Assembly: GCA_030141605.1 (NCBI GenBank)
Contig: JAQGDQ010002388.1
Location: 62,001 to 126,000 of the forward strand
Origin: Tubiluchus corallicola
Taxonomy: Eukaryota; Animalia; Priapulida
Direction of reading: 5' to 3'
DNA: 64,000 nt
Shown here: piece by piece, positions 48,237 through 58,197 of the stretch
Position numbering within the stretch: position 1 is the first letter of the stretch
Layout: each line of letters begins with the position of its first letter
Made by a program: the position numbers and the translations under genes
Notes under the pieces: generated by a model
Databases searched by the model: none
What the model was told of the DNA's origin: nothing
Seen by the model: the letters and a program-made list of their open reading frames with translations, nothing else

Positions 48237-49787
48237 ATGACAAATCATTTAGAAAACCGCCGTCCAGTTGTTTTATGTATTCTTGACGGGTGGGGTTATA
48301 ATCCCGATACGGAGTTTAACGCGATAAAAACGGCGAATACGCCAACATGGGATCGTTTTAAGAAGGAGGCGCCTAATTCTTTTCTAAAGGCCTGCAGTAC
48401 TGATGTTGGTTTACCGTCAGGCCAGATGGGAAATTCAGAAGTTGGGCATATGAATCTTGGTGCTGGCAGGGTTGTTTTGCAGGATCTTCCGCGTATTACA
48501 CACTCTATTGAGAAGAATGAGATTCAAGAAAATTCTGCTCTTTTAGAACTTATCAGCGCTTTAAAAGCAAGTGGCGGTCGGTGCCATATGATTTCGTTAA
48601 TTTCAGATGGTGGTGTTCATTCTCATATGGATCATACGATTGCTCTGGTGAAAATTTTGTGTGAGGCTTCTATTCCTGTTGTTCTTCATGGGCTAATGGA
48701 TGGCCGTGACACGCCTCCAACGAGCGGAAAAAGTTATCTTTCCATCCTTTTAGAATCGTTATGCATGTATGATAATTTTTCTTTGGCGACGATTAACGGT
48801 CGTTATTATGCTATGGATCGTGATAATCGTTGGGAGAGGGTTTCTCTGGCGTGGGATTCTATTGTCAATGGCTCTTCTCAGGAAAAATTTACAGATCCTT
48901 TAGCGCTTATGGAAACAAGTTACCGAAACAATATCACAGATGAATTTATTGTTCCGGCTGTTCATGAGGATTACCACGGCATGCAGGAAGGAGACGCTCT
49001 TTTTATGACGAGTTTCAGGGCGGATCGCGCGCGGGAGATTTTACGTTCTATTGCTATTGAGGGTTTTACCTCTTTTGATCGTTCTCGTTATGTTCCTTTA
49101 TGTTATTATGCGGGTATGGTTGAATATTCTGATGATTTGAATCATTATTTTACTTCTTTATTCCCTCCTTATATTCCCCATAATTTTCTTGGAGAGATTG
49201 TTTCCAAGGCTGGCTTGAGGCAGCTTCGGATTGCCGAGACGGAGAAATATCCTCATGTGACTTTTTTCTTTAATGGTGGTCATGAGTTGCCATGGGAGAA
49301 TGAAAAGCGTATTCTTATTAATTCTCCTAAGGTTGCGACTTATGATTTGCAACCTGAGATGTCGGCTCCGGAAGTCTGTGATCAGTTAGTTCAGGCGATA
49401 AAGTCGCAAGAGTATGATGTTATTATTGCGAATTTCGCCAATGGTGATATGGTTGGCCATACGGGTTTTTTTGACGCGGCTACCGCAGCTGCCGAGACGA
49501 TTGATTCCTGTTTGTCTTCTCTTGAGGAGGCAATTTTGCATGTTAATGGAACTTTATTAATTACTTCTGATCATGGTAATTGTGAAAAGATGTGGAACGA
49601 GGAAACTGATGAACCTTATACAGCGCATACGACGAATCTTGTGCGCTGTATTCTCGTCAACCCTCCTTCTTCAGTCATTGGACTGAAGGATGGTATATTG
49701 GCGGATGTTGCTCCGACTCTTTTAGAATTGTTAAATATGTGCCCTGCCAAGGAGATGACGGGAAAAACTTTACTGCTTAAAACATAA
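48237..49787 (+). CDS. gpmI: 2,3-bisphosphoglycerate-independent phosphoglycerate mutase
   Basis: ILDGWG, GQMGNSEVGH, SDGGVHSH, DGRDT, GRYYAMDRD, AETEKYPHVTFF, DMVGHTG, SDHGN. Confidence 0.98.
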   Translation: MTNHLENRRPVVLCILDGWGYNPDTEFNAIKTANTPTWDRFKKEAPNSFLKACSTDVGLPSGQMGNSEVGHMNLGAGRVVLQDLPRITHSIEKNEIQENSALLELISALKASGGRCHMISLISDGGVHSHMDHTIALVKILCEASIPVVLHGLMDGRDTPPTSGKSYLSILLESLCMYDNFSLATINGRYYAMDRDNRWERVSLAWDSIVNGSSQEKFTDPLALMETSYRNNITDEFIVPAVHEDYHGMQEGDALFMTSFRADRAREILRSIAIEGFTSFDRSRYVPLCYYAGMVEYSDDLNHYFTSLFPPYIPHNFLGEIVSKAGLRQLRIAETEKYPHVTFFFNGGHELPWENEKRILINSPKVATYDLQPEMSAPEVCDQLVQAIKSQEYDVIIANFANGDMVGHTGFFDAATAAAETIDSCLSSLEEAILHVNGTLLITSDHGNCEKMWNEETDEPYTAHTTNLVRCILVNPPSSVIGLKDGILADVAPTLLELLNMCPAKEMTGKTLLLKT

Positions 49788-49809
49788 GTTTTATATTGTT
49801 AGAGAAAAT

Positions 49810-50970
49810 ATGGGTTTGTATAAAGTATATTTTTCACTATATCGGCGCGTTTTTTTGATGTTTTTTTCGCGCGTAAATCTACGGAGCTTTATGACTCTAT
49901 TGGTTATTCTGTTTATCAGTGTTCCTTTTACTTTTGCTTCGCCAAAAACTGACGTAGTTTCTACAACCCTTGCTTCTTTAGGTGTTAATGTTCAAAAGAT
50001 AGAATCGAATATTTTCGCGATTCAGCAAGAGATTCAGGAAACAACGCAGACTATTGACGAAACAAATCGTCATTTAGAAAAAGTCAGTGAAGATTTAAAA
50101 ATTATGTCGACAACAATGCAGCGGATGAATCGTTTTCCTCCTTTGCATTTTATCAACCCTGACGGTTCTGACGAGCAAGATCTTTCCTTACCACCGATTC
50201 AGAACGCTCAAGAGTATGTTTTTCTTTCTTGGTTATGGTTAGAGCAAAAAATCCGAGCTCATATTACAGAATATCTTCAGTTAAAAAAAGCCATTTTATC
50301 GCTTCAGTCACGTCAGACTGAGCTACAGAATAAAAAAAGTAATCTTGAAAAGAATCGGCAGAATTTTTATAAAAAGATTCATTCTCAAATTGATATAAAA
50401 AATACAATTCTAGCTTCTGATCATTCTTCAAGCCGTTATAAAGATATGCTCAGTAAAATTCAGGATGCTTCTGAAATAGCCAATTCTTTTCCGGTATTGT
50501 TTGGTCATATTGAGATTATTCGTACATTGGACGCTCTTGAGCAGCATATCACTAATCAATCCTCTGATTCCTTCCCTCTTCTTTTTTCTGCAGCGTTGCA
50601 ATCACTTCCTATATTACCTGTGTCCGGTCAGCGTCGCGATGATGATCTTATTCATAAAGATGATGTACGGCGCGCGGGCTTTACCATGAAATCTTTACGG
50701 GATTCTGTTGTTTTATCGCCTCAAGGGGGCTATCTTGTTTTTTCCGGTGAGTTCAACATGTATGAAAATGTTATTATTATTGATCATGAAAATGGCTATT
50801 ACAGTTTGATTTTTGGTGTAGAGTCTATTTTGCAGTCTCCTCTTTCTTTTATAAAAAAGGGAGAACCTTTAGGATTCATGTCTTCCAGCTCTGAGCAGTC
50901 TGAAATTTATATGACGATTTTCTATCATTCTTCCCCAATTAACCCTAATTTATGGTTTCCTTTGGAGTAA
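49810..50970 (+). CDS. envC: EnvC-like murein hydrolase activator (coiled coil + degenerate M23 domain), highly diverged
   Basis: Signal/TM, long coiled coil, C-terminal LPVSG...VLSPQGG...IIIDHENGYYSL...KGEPLG...INP; conserved position between gpmI and ctpA. Confidence 0.75.
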   Translation: MGLYKVYFSLYRRVFLMFFSRVNLRSFMTLLVILFISVPFTFASPKTDVVSTTLASLGVNVQKIESNIFAIQQEIQETTQTIDETNRHLEKVSEDLKIMSTTMQRMNRFPPLHFINPDGSDEQDLSLPPIQNAQEYVFLSWLWLEQKIRAHITEYLQLKKAILSLQSRQTELQNKKSNLEKNRQNFYKKIHSQIDIKNTILASDHSSSRYKDMLSKIQDASEIANSFPVLFGHIEIIRTLDALEQHITNQSSDSFPLLFSAALQSLPILPVSGQRRDDDLIHKDDVRRAGFTMKSLRDSVVLSPQGGYLVFSGEFNMYENVIIIDHENGYYSLIFGVESILQSPLSFIKKGEPLGFMSSSSEQSEIYMTIFYHSSPINPNLWFPLE

Positions 50971-51195
50971 AGTAACTTTTTATATTGAAAGCTGTCTTTA
51001 AGTCTTGATTAAGTTTTATTATAATTTTATTCTCTTGCCAAAAGCATAAAGAGTAACGCATAATAAATATATTAAAGTATGATAAATGAGTATGATCGCT
51101 TCTATTAATCATATTAAAGTAGTGTATTATTGCAGTTAAGGTAAAACTCTCTAAATTATAAACAGTCAATATTTTCTAAATGGTATCGAATACAC

Positions 51196-52566
51196 ATGAT
51201 AGTAAAACAATCTTCTAAATTTCTTTTTTCAGCTCTTTTTTTTCCTTTGGCACTGATAATAGTGCCATTTTATTCCTCTTATTCTTATGCTGAAGATAAT
51301 GTTCATTTTTCTTCTAAGGATCAGGAAGAAACTTACAGGATGTTGACGCTTTTTGGCCATATTTTTGAAATAATCCGCACGACCTATGTCCGCCAAGTTT
51401 CTGAGAAAGAGCTTATTGAGTCCGCTATTTCTGGAATGTTAAACTCTTTGGATCCTCACAGTAGTTTTTTAACACAGAAAGATTTTGATCAATTTCAGGA
51501 AAATGCCACTGGGAAATTTGGTGGTATTGGTATTCAGGTAACAGCGGATAAAAGTGGTCATGTACTTATTATTGCTCCTATTGATGACACTCCGGCGTTT
51601 TACGCTGGTTTAAAATCGGGAGATTTAATTACGCATATTGATGGAGAGAGTACTTTAAATATGCCTCTTGACACGGCTGTGGATACTATGAAGGGGCTTC
51701 CCAATACCGAAGTAACTTTAACTATTCTCCGCCCTGGTAAATCTGATGAGATGGAGCGAAGTCATTTTACGGCAACGATAAAACGGGCTTTAATCAAGGT
51801 TGCTTCTGTTCGCTCTTCTATTGAGGATAATATTGCTTATATTCGTATTTCTACATTTAGCCAGACGACGCAGACTGAGCTACAAAATCATATAGATACA
51901 CTTTTCAATTCGCCTTCTTCTTCTCCTAAGGGATTAATACTGGATCTGCGTAATAATCCTGGTGGCTTTCTTGAGCAGGCGATTGCTGTTTCCGACAGTT
52001 TTATGACTCAGGGAGAGATTGTTTCTATCCGTTCTCGGGATTCTCAGGATATACAGCGTTATCAAGCGAGCGGCGAGGATAGAATAAACGGTCTTCCTAT
52101 TATCGTATTAATTAATGAGGGAACGGCTTCTGCGTCAGAGATTGTCGCCGGAGCGCTTCAGGATCATAACCGTGCTATTCTTCTTGGAACGCGGAGTTTC
52201 GGTAAAGGGTCGGTTCAGTCCTTAAAAGTTGTCTCTCCTCAGAAAGAGGCGGTTCGTTTAACGACTGCCTTATATTACACGCCATCGGGAGAATCTATTC
52301 AATCTCGAGGGATTGAGCCTGACATTTATGTTCCGACAGCTTTTATTAATATTGAGGAGTTCACAGGATTTTACAGAGAAGAAAATTTAAAAGGCCATTT
52401 AGAAAGTGAATCGATTAATAGCCCAACAGAGGAGGATCCCACAAATGAGGAAACGAAGGTATTTTCTTCTTACTCTATTGAATTGAACCCCAATGACTAT
52501 CAACTTCAAAGGGCGCTTGATTTAATGCATGCTTATACAATCTTAGAGTCTAAAATAGCATGGTAG
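51196..52566 (+). CDS. ctpA: S41 carboxyl-terminal processing protease
   Basis: LDPHS, FGGIGI (PDZ), DLRNNPGG, TASASEI, FGKGSVQ, GIEPD. Confidence 0.96.
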   Translation: MIVKQSSKFLFSALFFPLALIIVPFYSSYSYAEDNVHFSSKDQEETYRMLTLFGHIFEIIRTTYVRQVSEKELIESAISGMLNSLDPHSSFLTQKDFDQFQENATGKFGGIGIQVTADKSGHVLIIAPIDDTPAFYAGLKSGDLITHIDGESTLNMPLDTAVDTMKGLPNTEVTLTILRPGKSDEMERSHFTATIKRALIKVASVRSSIEDNIAYIRISTFSQTTQTELQNHIDTLFNSPSSSPKGLILDLRNNPGGFLEQAIAVSDSFMTQGEIVSIRSRDSQDIQRYQASGEDRINGLPIIVLINEGTASASEIVAGALQDHNRAILLGTRSFGKGSVQSLKVVSPQKEAVRLTTALYYTPSGESIQSRGIEPDIYVPTAFINIEEFTGFYREENLKGHLESESINSPTEEDPTNEETKVFSSYSIELNPNDYQLQRALDLMHAYTILESKIAW

Positions 52567-52573
52567 TTTATTA

Positions 52574-53038
52574 ATGACAGAAGCAGAGTGGAGAAAAGGG
52601 GTTGGCGCGTTTATTTTGAGCAGGGATAATCAGCTTTTTATAGCCGAGCGTTATACGCTTCCCGGTGCTTGGCAGATGCCACAGGGAGGGATTGATAAGT
52701 CTGAGACACCTCTTGAGGCGGTTTGCCGAGAATTAGAAGAAGAAACGGGGACCGCTCAATATCAGTTAATCCAAGAATCAACGGAATGGCTTTATTATCT
52801 TTTTCCTTTGGATGTTCGCGAAACGATTTGGGACGGTCGTTATAAAGGGCAGATGCAGCGGTGGTTTGCTTTTTATTTTACGGGAAGGGACGAGGATATT
52901 AATTTATCGTTTCATCACCCGCAGGAATTTATACGATGGCGCTGGCTTCCTCCTGAGGAGCTTCCTACGATTGCGGTTCCTTTCAAACGCGATCTTTACA
53001 CAAAAGTTCTGCATACATTTCGTTCTCTTATAGGATAA
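52574..53038 (+). CDS. rppH: RNA pyrophosphohydrolase
   Basis: WQMPQGGID...RELEEETG Nudix box, YKGQMQRWF, EF, VPFKR. Confidence 0.95.
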   Translation: MTEAEWRKGVGAFILSRDNQLFIAERYTLPGAWQMPQGGIDKSETPLEAVCRELEEETGTAQYQLIQESTEWLYYLFPLDVRETIWDGRYKGQMQRWFAFYFTGRDEDINLSFHHPQEFIRWRWLPPEELPTIAVPFKRDLYTKVLHTFRSLIG

Positions 53039-53043
53039 GGGCT

Positions 53044-53973
53044 GTGATTTATTTTCAGTTAATTTCGGGGTTTATTTTATTGATAGGAGGAGCCGAGTTT
53101 CTTGTTCGCGGCTCAGCGGCTTTAGCGAAAAAAGCAGGCGTTTCCTTAGTTATCATTGGGATGACTGTTATTGCGCTAGGCACATCTGCTCCCGAGCTTT
53201 TTGTGAGTGTTCAAGCGGCGTATGTTGGTATTCCTTCTTTAATTGTTGGAAATCTAGTTGGCAGTAATGTGGCGAACATTCTTTTGATTATTGGTTTTGC
53301 GGGTATTTTTACACCAATTTATACACAAAATGCCTTTTCTTTCAGCGAGCTTATCTTTTTTCTTATTGGCAGTTTTTTATTTTCGATTCTCTGTTTTTTT
53401 GGACCTTTATCTTTCTATAGTGCTTTGATTCTTTTGCTTGGATTTTTTCTTTTTCTTTTCCGCACCTGGGCGTCAGAAAGTCAGCGGAAACTTCTTTCAG
53501 AGGAAGCGCACGATCTTTCTTTTCCGCTATCGATGCCTTTAATTTTGCTTGCTATATTTTTGGGTATTATTGCTTTAATGTGGGGATCCGATCTTCTTGT
53601 GACTTCTTCTGTTATTCTGGCGAAGAGTTGGGGGGTTAGCGAGGAGATCATCGGCTTGACAGTTATTGCTTTTGGCACCTCTCTTCCCGAGCTTGCGGCG
53701 GCGGCGGCGGCGGCAATCAAGAAATTAAACACGATTACTTTGGGCAATATTATCGGTAGTAATATGTTTAATATTCTGGGAGTCGGCGGTGTGAGCGCTT
53801 TGCTTACGCCTCTGCCTATATCTCAAACGCTTAAACTTATTGATCTTCCTATGATGCTGGTTTCTTCTTGTATTTTTGTTTTCTTTGTTTTAAAAGGAAG
53901 AATAATGGGGAGAAAAACGGCTCTTTTATTTTTGATAACCTATACAATCTATATTACGGTAAAATATATATGA
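53044..53973 (+). CDS. Calcium/sodium antiporter (YrbG/CaCA family)
   Basis: Two alpha repeats: GTSAPE...GSNVAN and GTSLPE...GSNMFN. Confidence 0.93.
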   Translation: MIYFQLISGFILLIGGAEFLVRGSAALAKKAGVSLVIIGMTVIALGTSAPELFVSVQAAYVGIPSLIVGNLVGSNVANILLIIGFAGIFTPIYTQNAFSFSELIFFLIGSFLFSILCFFGPLSFYSALILLLGFFLFLFRTWASESQRKLLSEEAHDLSFPLSMPLILLAIFLGIIALMWGSDLLVTSSVILAKSWGVSEEIIGLTVIAFGTSLPELAAAAAAAIKKLNTITLGNIIGSNMFNILGVGGVSALLTPLPISQTLKLIDLPMMLVSSCIFVFFVLKGRIMGRKTALLFLITYTIYITVKYI

Positions 53974-54003
53974 TTTCTTCTAAACAAGATTGTTATAAAT
54001 AGA

Positions 54004-54135
54004 ATGCGAGATCTTGTTCTTATTACAGGCGCATCAAAAAGGATTGGACGTGTGATTGCTTTATATCTTGCGTGCTGTAATTATGATGCTACCCTTCATT
54101 ATTTTCTTTTTTCTTTCTTTCTTAAAAAGGCTTGA
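54004..54135 (+). pseudogene. N-terminal stub of an SDR oxidoreductase (pteridine-reductase-like)
   Basis: Translates as MRDLVLITGASKRIGRVIALYLACCNYDATLHY then degenerates to a stop at codon 44; TGxxxRIG and xHY motifs present. Confidence 0.8.
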
Positions 54136-54140
54136 ATTTG

Positions 54141-55982
54141 ATGGCTCAACAACATGACTTTCTAAAGAACACGCATAGCGAGAATATTTTTGACACGAAT
54201 TATCTTTATGCGCGTTATCCGGCTTCTTTTATTGTCAAGCGATTAATAAAAGAGAATTTTTATCCGAATTTACGGAGATATTTTTTAGCGTTACTGTGCA
54301 TGGTTTTTGTTGCGGCGGCGACGGCGCTAAGCGCTTGGATTATGAAAGATGTTGTCAATGAGGTTTTTATCAACCGTAATGAGCAAATGCTTATTTACAT
54401 TTCTATATTTATTTTAGTGATTTATGTTGTAAAGGGGTTTTCCATTTATGGCCAGGCTGTGATGCTGGGATACATTGGTAATGATATTATTGCGTCGATG
54501 AGAAAACGTCTTTATAAGCACCTTCTACGTCAAGATATTGCGTTTTTCTCAGAATATGCTTCCGGTAATATCATTGGCCGTTTTGCTCAGGACATTATTA
54601 TGCTGCGTGGAACCTTTACGATTCTTATCGTGAATGTTGGCCGAGATGTTTTATCAGCTATCGGTCTTATTACCGTTATGGTTATTCAGGATCCTTTTTT
54701 AGCTTTTATTGCTTTAATTTTCATGCCGCTTATTCTTTTAGGGGTTCGAAAAATTTTAAAGAGAATCAAGAATCTTCTTAATACAAGCGCTTCTATTGAG
54801 GTTGGTTTGATTTCCTTATTGCAGGAGACTACACTTGGAATTCAAACGATAAAATCTTATAATATGGAATCTCTTTTAACTCAAAAAATGTCTTATACGA
54901 TTAATGAGGCTCGGGATCGTATTAATAAAATCACGGTATTGAGTGAGACGACAAGCCCTTTAATGGAGACAATTGGTGGTTTCGCGATTGCCGGTGTTGT
55001 TCTTTATGGAGGTTTAACGGTTATTTCCGGTCAGAATGATCCCGGCACTTTATTTTCTTTTATAACAGCGCTTATCATGGCGTATGATCCTTTGAAACGC
55101 CTGAGTAAATTCCGTGTTAACGCGGAGATGGGTTTGATGGCCACTCGACGTTTATTTGCTATTCTTGACTATGAACCCATTCAGAAGGATTCTCCTGATG
55201 CATATGATTTAGAGGTTTCCAAGGGAGAGATTGCCTTACAGAATGTTTCTTTTGCTTATGAGAAGAATAAATCGGCGCCTGTTTTAAAAAACTTTTCCCT
55301 GACGATTCCGGCGGGCAAGGTGACAGCTCTTGTCGGCCCGTCTGGAGGTGGAAAGTCGACGGTCTTCAGTTTAATTGAGCGTTTTTATGATTGTGAGAAA
55401 GGTCAAGTTCTTATTGATGGTCATGATACGATGAAAACGACGTTACATTCTTTGCGCGCGCATATTTCTTTTGTCAGCCAGAATACATTTTTATTTCAGG
55501 GAAGTGTTCTTGAAAACATTCTTTATGGTTTTCCTGAAGCGACAGAGGAGGAGGCACAGCAGGCGGCTAAGGATGCTTTTGCGCATGATTTTATTATGCA
55601 GATGCCCAATGGCTATAAAACGGTTATCGAGGAGATGGGCAATGATCTTTCCGGCGGCCAAAAGCAGCGTTTATCGATTGCCAGGGCGATTTTAAAGAAT
55701 GCGCCTATATTGCTTTTGGATGAGGCGACTTCTGCGTTGGATACAGAGACAGAGAATAAAATTCAGCAAGCGCTTCATCGGCTTCAGAAAGGAAAAACGA
55801 CGCTTGTTATTGCGCATCGTCTTTCCACAATTATCAACGCGGATATTATTCATGTTATCAACCAGGGGAAAATTTCTGAATCGGGCACACACCAACAATT
55901 GCTTGACAGGAGAGGATTTTACGCACATCTTTACAATCTCCAGTTTGCGAAGCAATCATCGCCGGAAGACTCTTTATGTTAA
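54141..55982 (+). CDS. msbA: MsbA-like ABC exporter (fused TMD + NBD)
   Basis: Six-TM domain, AYDPLKRL, GPSGGGKST, LSGGQKQR, LLDEATSALD, IAHRLST. Confidence 0.8.
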   Translation: MAQQHDFLKNTHSENIFDTNYLYARYPASFIVKRLIKENFYPNLRRYFLALLCMVFVAAATALSAWIMKDVVNEVFINRNEQMLIYISIFILVIYVVKGFSIYGQAVMLGYIGNDIIASMRKRLYKHLLRQDIAFFSEYASGNIIGRFAQDIIMLRGTFTILIVNVGRDVLSAIGLITVMVIQDPFLAFIALIFMPLILLGVRKILKRIKNLLNTSASIEVGLISLLQETTLGIQTIKSYNMESLLTQKMSYTINEARDRINKITVLSETTSPLMETIGGFAIAGVVLYGGLTVISGQNDPGTLFSFITALIMAYDPLKRLSKFRVNAEMGLMATRRLFAILDYEPIQKDSPDAYDLEVSKGEIALQNVSFAYEKNKSAPVLKNFSLTIPAGKVTALVGPSGGGKSTVFSLIERFYDCEKGQVLIDGHDTMKTTLHSLRAHISFVSQNTFLFQGSVLENILYGFPEATEEEAQQAAKDAFAHDFIMQMPNGYKTVIEEMGNDLSGGQKQRLSIARAILKNAPILLLDEATSALDTETENKIQQALHRLQKGKTTLVIAHRLSTIINADIIHVINQGKISESGTHQQLLDRRGFYAHLYNLQFAKQSSPEDSLC

Positions 55983-55995
55983 AGGCTAATATTTT

Positions 55996-56028
55996 CAACT
56001 CTTTCATATAAAAGAGTTGTTAATTTTT
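55996..56028 (+). terminator. Intrinsic terminator after the msbA-like gene
   Basis: CAACTCTTT-CATATA-AAAGAGTTG followed by TTAATTTTT. Confidence 0.65.
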
Positions 56029-56151
56029 ATAATTAAGGGTTTTTATTTTTATAAACCCTGTTTATAGTTAAGACAGGCAAAATAAACAGTTATCCTTGCT
56101 GTAGAAGTTACGGCTATGGGCTATCCTGTTAGAGAATCGGAGCATTTCGCT

Positions 56152-57630
56152 ATGAAAATTAATTTTTCTTCTTTTTCCTTACCTCAATCTGGTGTTCTTG
56201 TTTTGTTATCAACGAAAGAAGAGCTTTTATTACCTTATGGGCGTGAAATTGATCAGAATCATAAAGGTGTTTTACATAAGGCTTTGGATGCTTTGGACTT
56301 TCAAGGGGGGTATAAGAAGGTCGCCGATATCGCGGCGCCTTTTTCTTCGGTGAAGCGTGTTTTGGTTGTTGGTCTTGGTTCTCATAAAGAGCTTAATTCT
56401 TTAAAGATTCAGAAAATTGGTGCTTTTTTATGGTCTCTTTTATGTAAAGAGAAAGATGTGACAGTGATAGCGGATTCTGCTGCTCTTAACGAGGATATTT
56501 TCGCGGCTCATTTAGCGTATGGTTTTATGCTGAGGAGCTGGGCGTTTAACAAATATAAGACTTCTAAGGGCGATTCGTCTTCCTCTCTTTCTTCTGCAAC
56601 CTTTTCCTGTTGCTGCTCGGACGCGGCTGCGTCTTTATTTTCTCGTTACGAATCGGTTTGTGAGGGCGTTTTTCTGAGTCGTTATCTTGTAAGTGAGCCA
56701 GGGAATGCCGTATATCCGAAGATCTTTACGGAAGAGGTTGAAAAGCTTCGCGCTCAGGGTTTATCCGTTGATATTTTAGACAGCAACGATTTATCAAGAA
56801 TTGGTGCTCATTTGTTGCTTTCTGTTGGTCAGGGGAGTTCTCATCCTCCTTATCTTGCTGTTATGCGTTGGAATGGCGCTTCTGTTGATGAGCCTCCTAT
56901 TGCGTTTGTAGGGAAAGGGCTTACTTTTGACAGCGGTGGTATTTGCCTTAAGCCTCGTATTGGGATGGGTGATATGAAGTTTGACATGGCAGGCGCTGCG
57001 GTTGTTACAGGCTTGATGAAAAGCTTAGCCAGCCGCAAAGCTGCTGTCAATGCGGTTGCTATTGTTGCGTTAGCAGAAAATATGCCTTCCGGTCATGCGT
57101 CTCGCCCTGGGGATGTTGTTCATAGTCTTTCTGGTAAAACTGTAGAGATTGATAACACGGATGCGGAAGGGCGTCTTGTTTTAGCGGATGCTCTTTGTTA
57201 TCTTCAAAAAGAGTTCAACCCAAAGCTTATTATTGACTTGGCGACATTAACGGGTGCTGTTATTGTTGCGCTAGGCTCTAAGAGAGCGGGATTATTTTCA
57301 ACGGATGATACTCTTGCAGATCATCTTTTACAGGCGGGTAATGATGTAGGTGAGCCACTCTGGCGCCTTCCTGTCAGTGAGGAATATGACTGTGATATCC
57401 ATTCTGATATTGCTGATATTAAAAATACAGGAAAGCCGCATGGTGAGGCAGGAAGTATTGCAGCGGCTGTTTTCTTGAAGCAATTTATTGATGATGTGCC
57501 TTGGGCACATATTGATATTGCCGGCACGACCTGGTCTCGCAAGGGAACTGATTTTTCTGAAAAGGGAGCAACTGCTTTTGGCGTTCGTCTTCTTGATCAC
57601 TATGTTGAAAAATATTGTGAATCGCGTTAG
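56152..57630 (+). CDS. pepA: Leucyl aminopeptidase (M17)
   Basis: VGKGLTFDSGG, MKFDMAGAA, NTDAEGRLVLAD, DLATLTGA, WAHIDIAG. Confidence 0.97.
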   Translation: MKINFSSFSLPQSGVLVLLSTKEELLLPYGREIDQNHKGVLHKALDALDFQGGYKKVADIAAPFSSVKRVLVVGLGSHKELNSLKIQKIGAFLWSLLCKEKDVTVIADSAALNEDIFAAHLAYGFMLRSWAFNKYKTSKGDSSSSLSSATFSCCCSDAAASLFSRYESVCEGVFLSRYLVSEPGNAVYPKIFTEEVEKLRAQGLSVDILDSNDLSRIGAHLLLSVGQGSSHPPYLAVMRWNGASVDEPPIAFVGKGLTFDSGGICLKPRIGMGDMKFDMAGAAVVTGLMKSLASRKAAVNAVAIVALAENMPSGHASRPGDVVHSLSGKTVEIDNTDAEGRLVLADALCYLQKEFNPKLIIDLATLTGAVIVALGSKRAGLFSTDDTLADHLLQAGNDVGEPLWRLPVSEEYDCDIHSDIADIKNTGKPHGEAGSIAAAVFLKQFIDDVPWAHIDIAGTTWSRKGTDFSEKGATAFGVRLLDHYVEKYCESR

Positions 57631-57677
57631 GAGTAGAAGGTAATTCTGTTCATGGCTCTAAAAGGTGTAAAGGTATA

Positions 57678-58163
57678 ATGGCGGAGGCGAACTTTTACGA
57701 ACTGGAGTATTTTCCTGTTGAGAAAGCCCTTTTCATGCTTGTTAAAAAAACATGGTCAATTCGGAAAAGGGCTGTTATTGTTTCGCCTATTGCCCAACGT
57801 ATTGATTTTTTAAATACATTCTTGTGGACGTGTGAGCCGGATAGTTTTATTCCTCATAGTGCTACTCGGGATGAGTATATAAAAGAGCATTCTTTTTGGT
57901 TGACCACCCAGGAGGAAAATCCGAATTTTGCGGACTTTTTATTTCTTATTGATGGAGCTCATGTGGCGGATTTTTCTTTATGGGAGCGAAGTTTCTGTTT
58001 ATTTGATAGTGGAGATTTGTCTCTTCTTTCGATAGCGCGAGAGCAATGGAAACAGGGTCGTTCTCAAAATGTTTCTCTGTTATATTGGAAGAAGGATTCC
58101 CGTAATCGATGGGTGAAAAAACAGAGTTACCAACCGCCGTCTGACAGTAGCTCTAATTCATGA
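57678..58163 (+). CDS. holC: DNA polymerase III subunit chi
   Basis: FYEL, LWT...SFIPH, ENPN, AREQWK; follows pepA as is usual in alphaproteobacteria. Confidence 0.9.
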   Translation: MAEANFYELEYFPVEKALFMLVKKTWSIRKRAVIVSPIAQRIDFLNTFLWTCEPDSFIPHSATRDEYIKEHSFWLTTQEENPNFADFLFLIDGAHVADFSLWERSFCLFDSGDLSLLSIAREQWKQGRSQNVSLLYWKKDSRNRWVKKQSYQPPSDSSSNS

Positions 58164-58197
58164 ATTTATTGTATGAGTAATTTATTGTATGAGTAAT
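58163..58197 (+). repeat. Perfect 16-bp tandem duplication spanning the parE start
   Basis: AATTTATTGTATGAGT at 58163-58178 and 58179-58194, then AAT. Confidence 0.9.
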
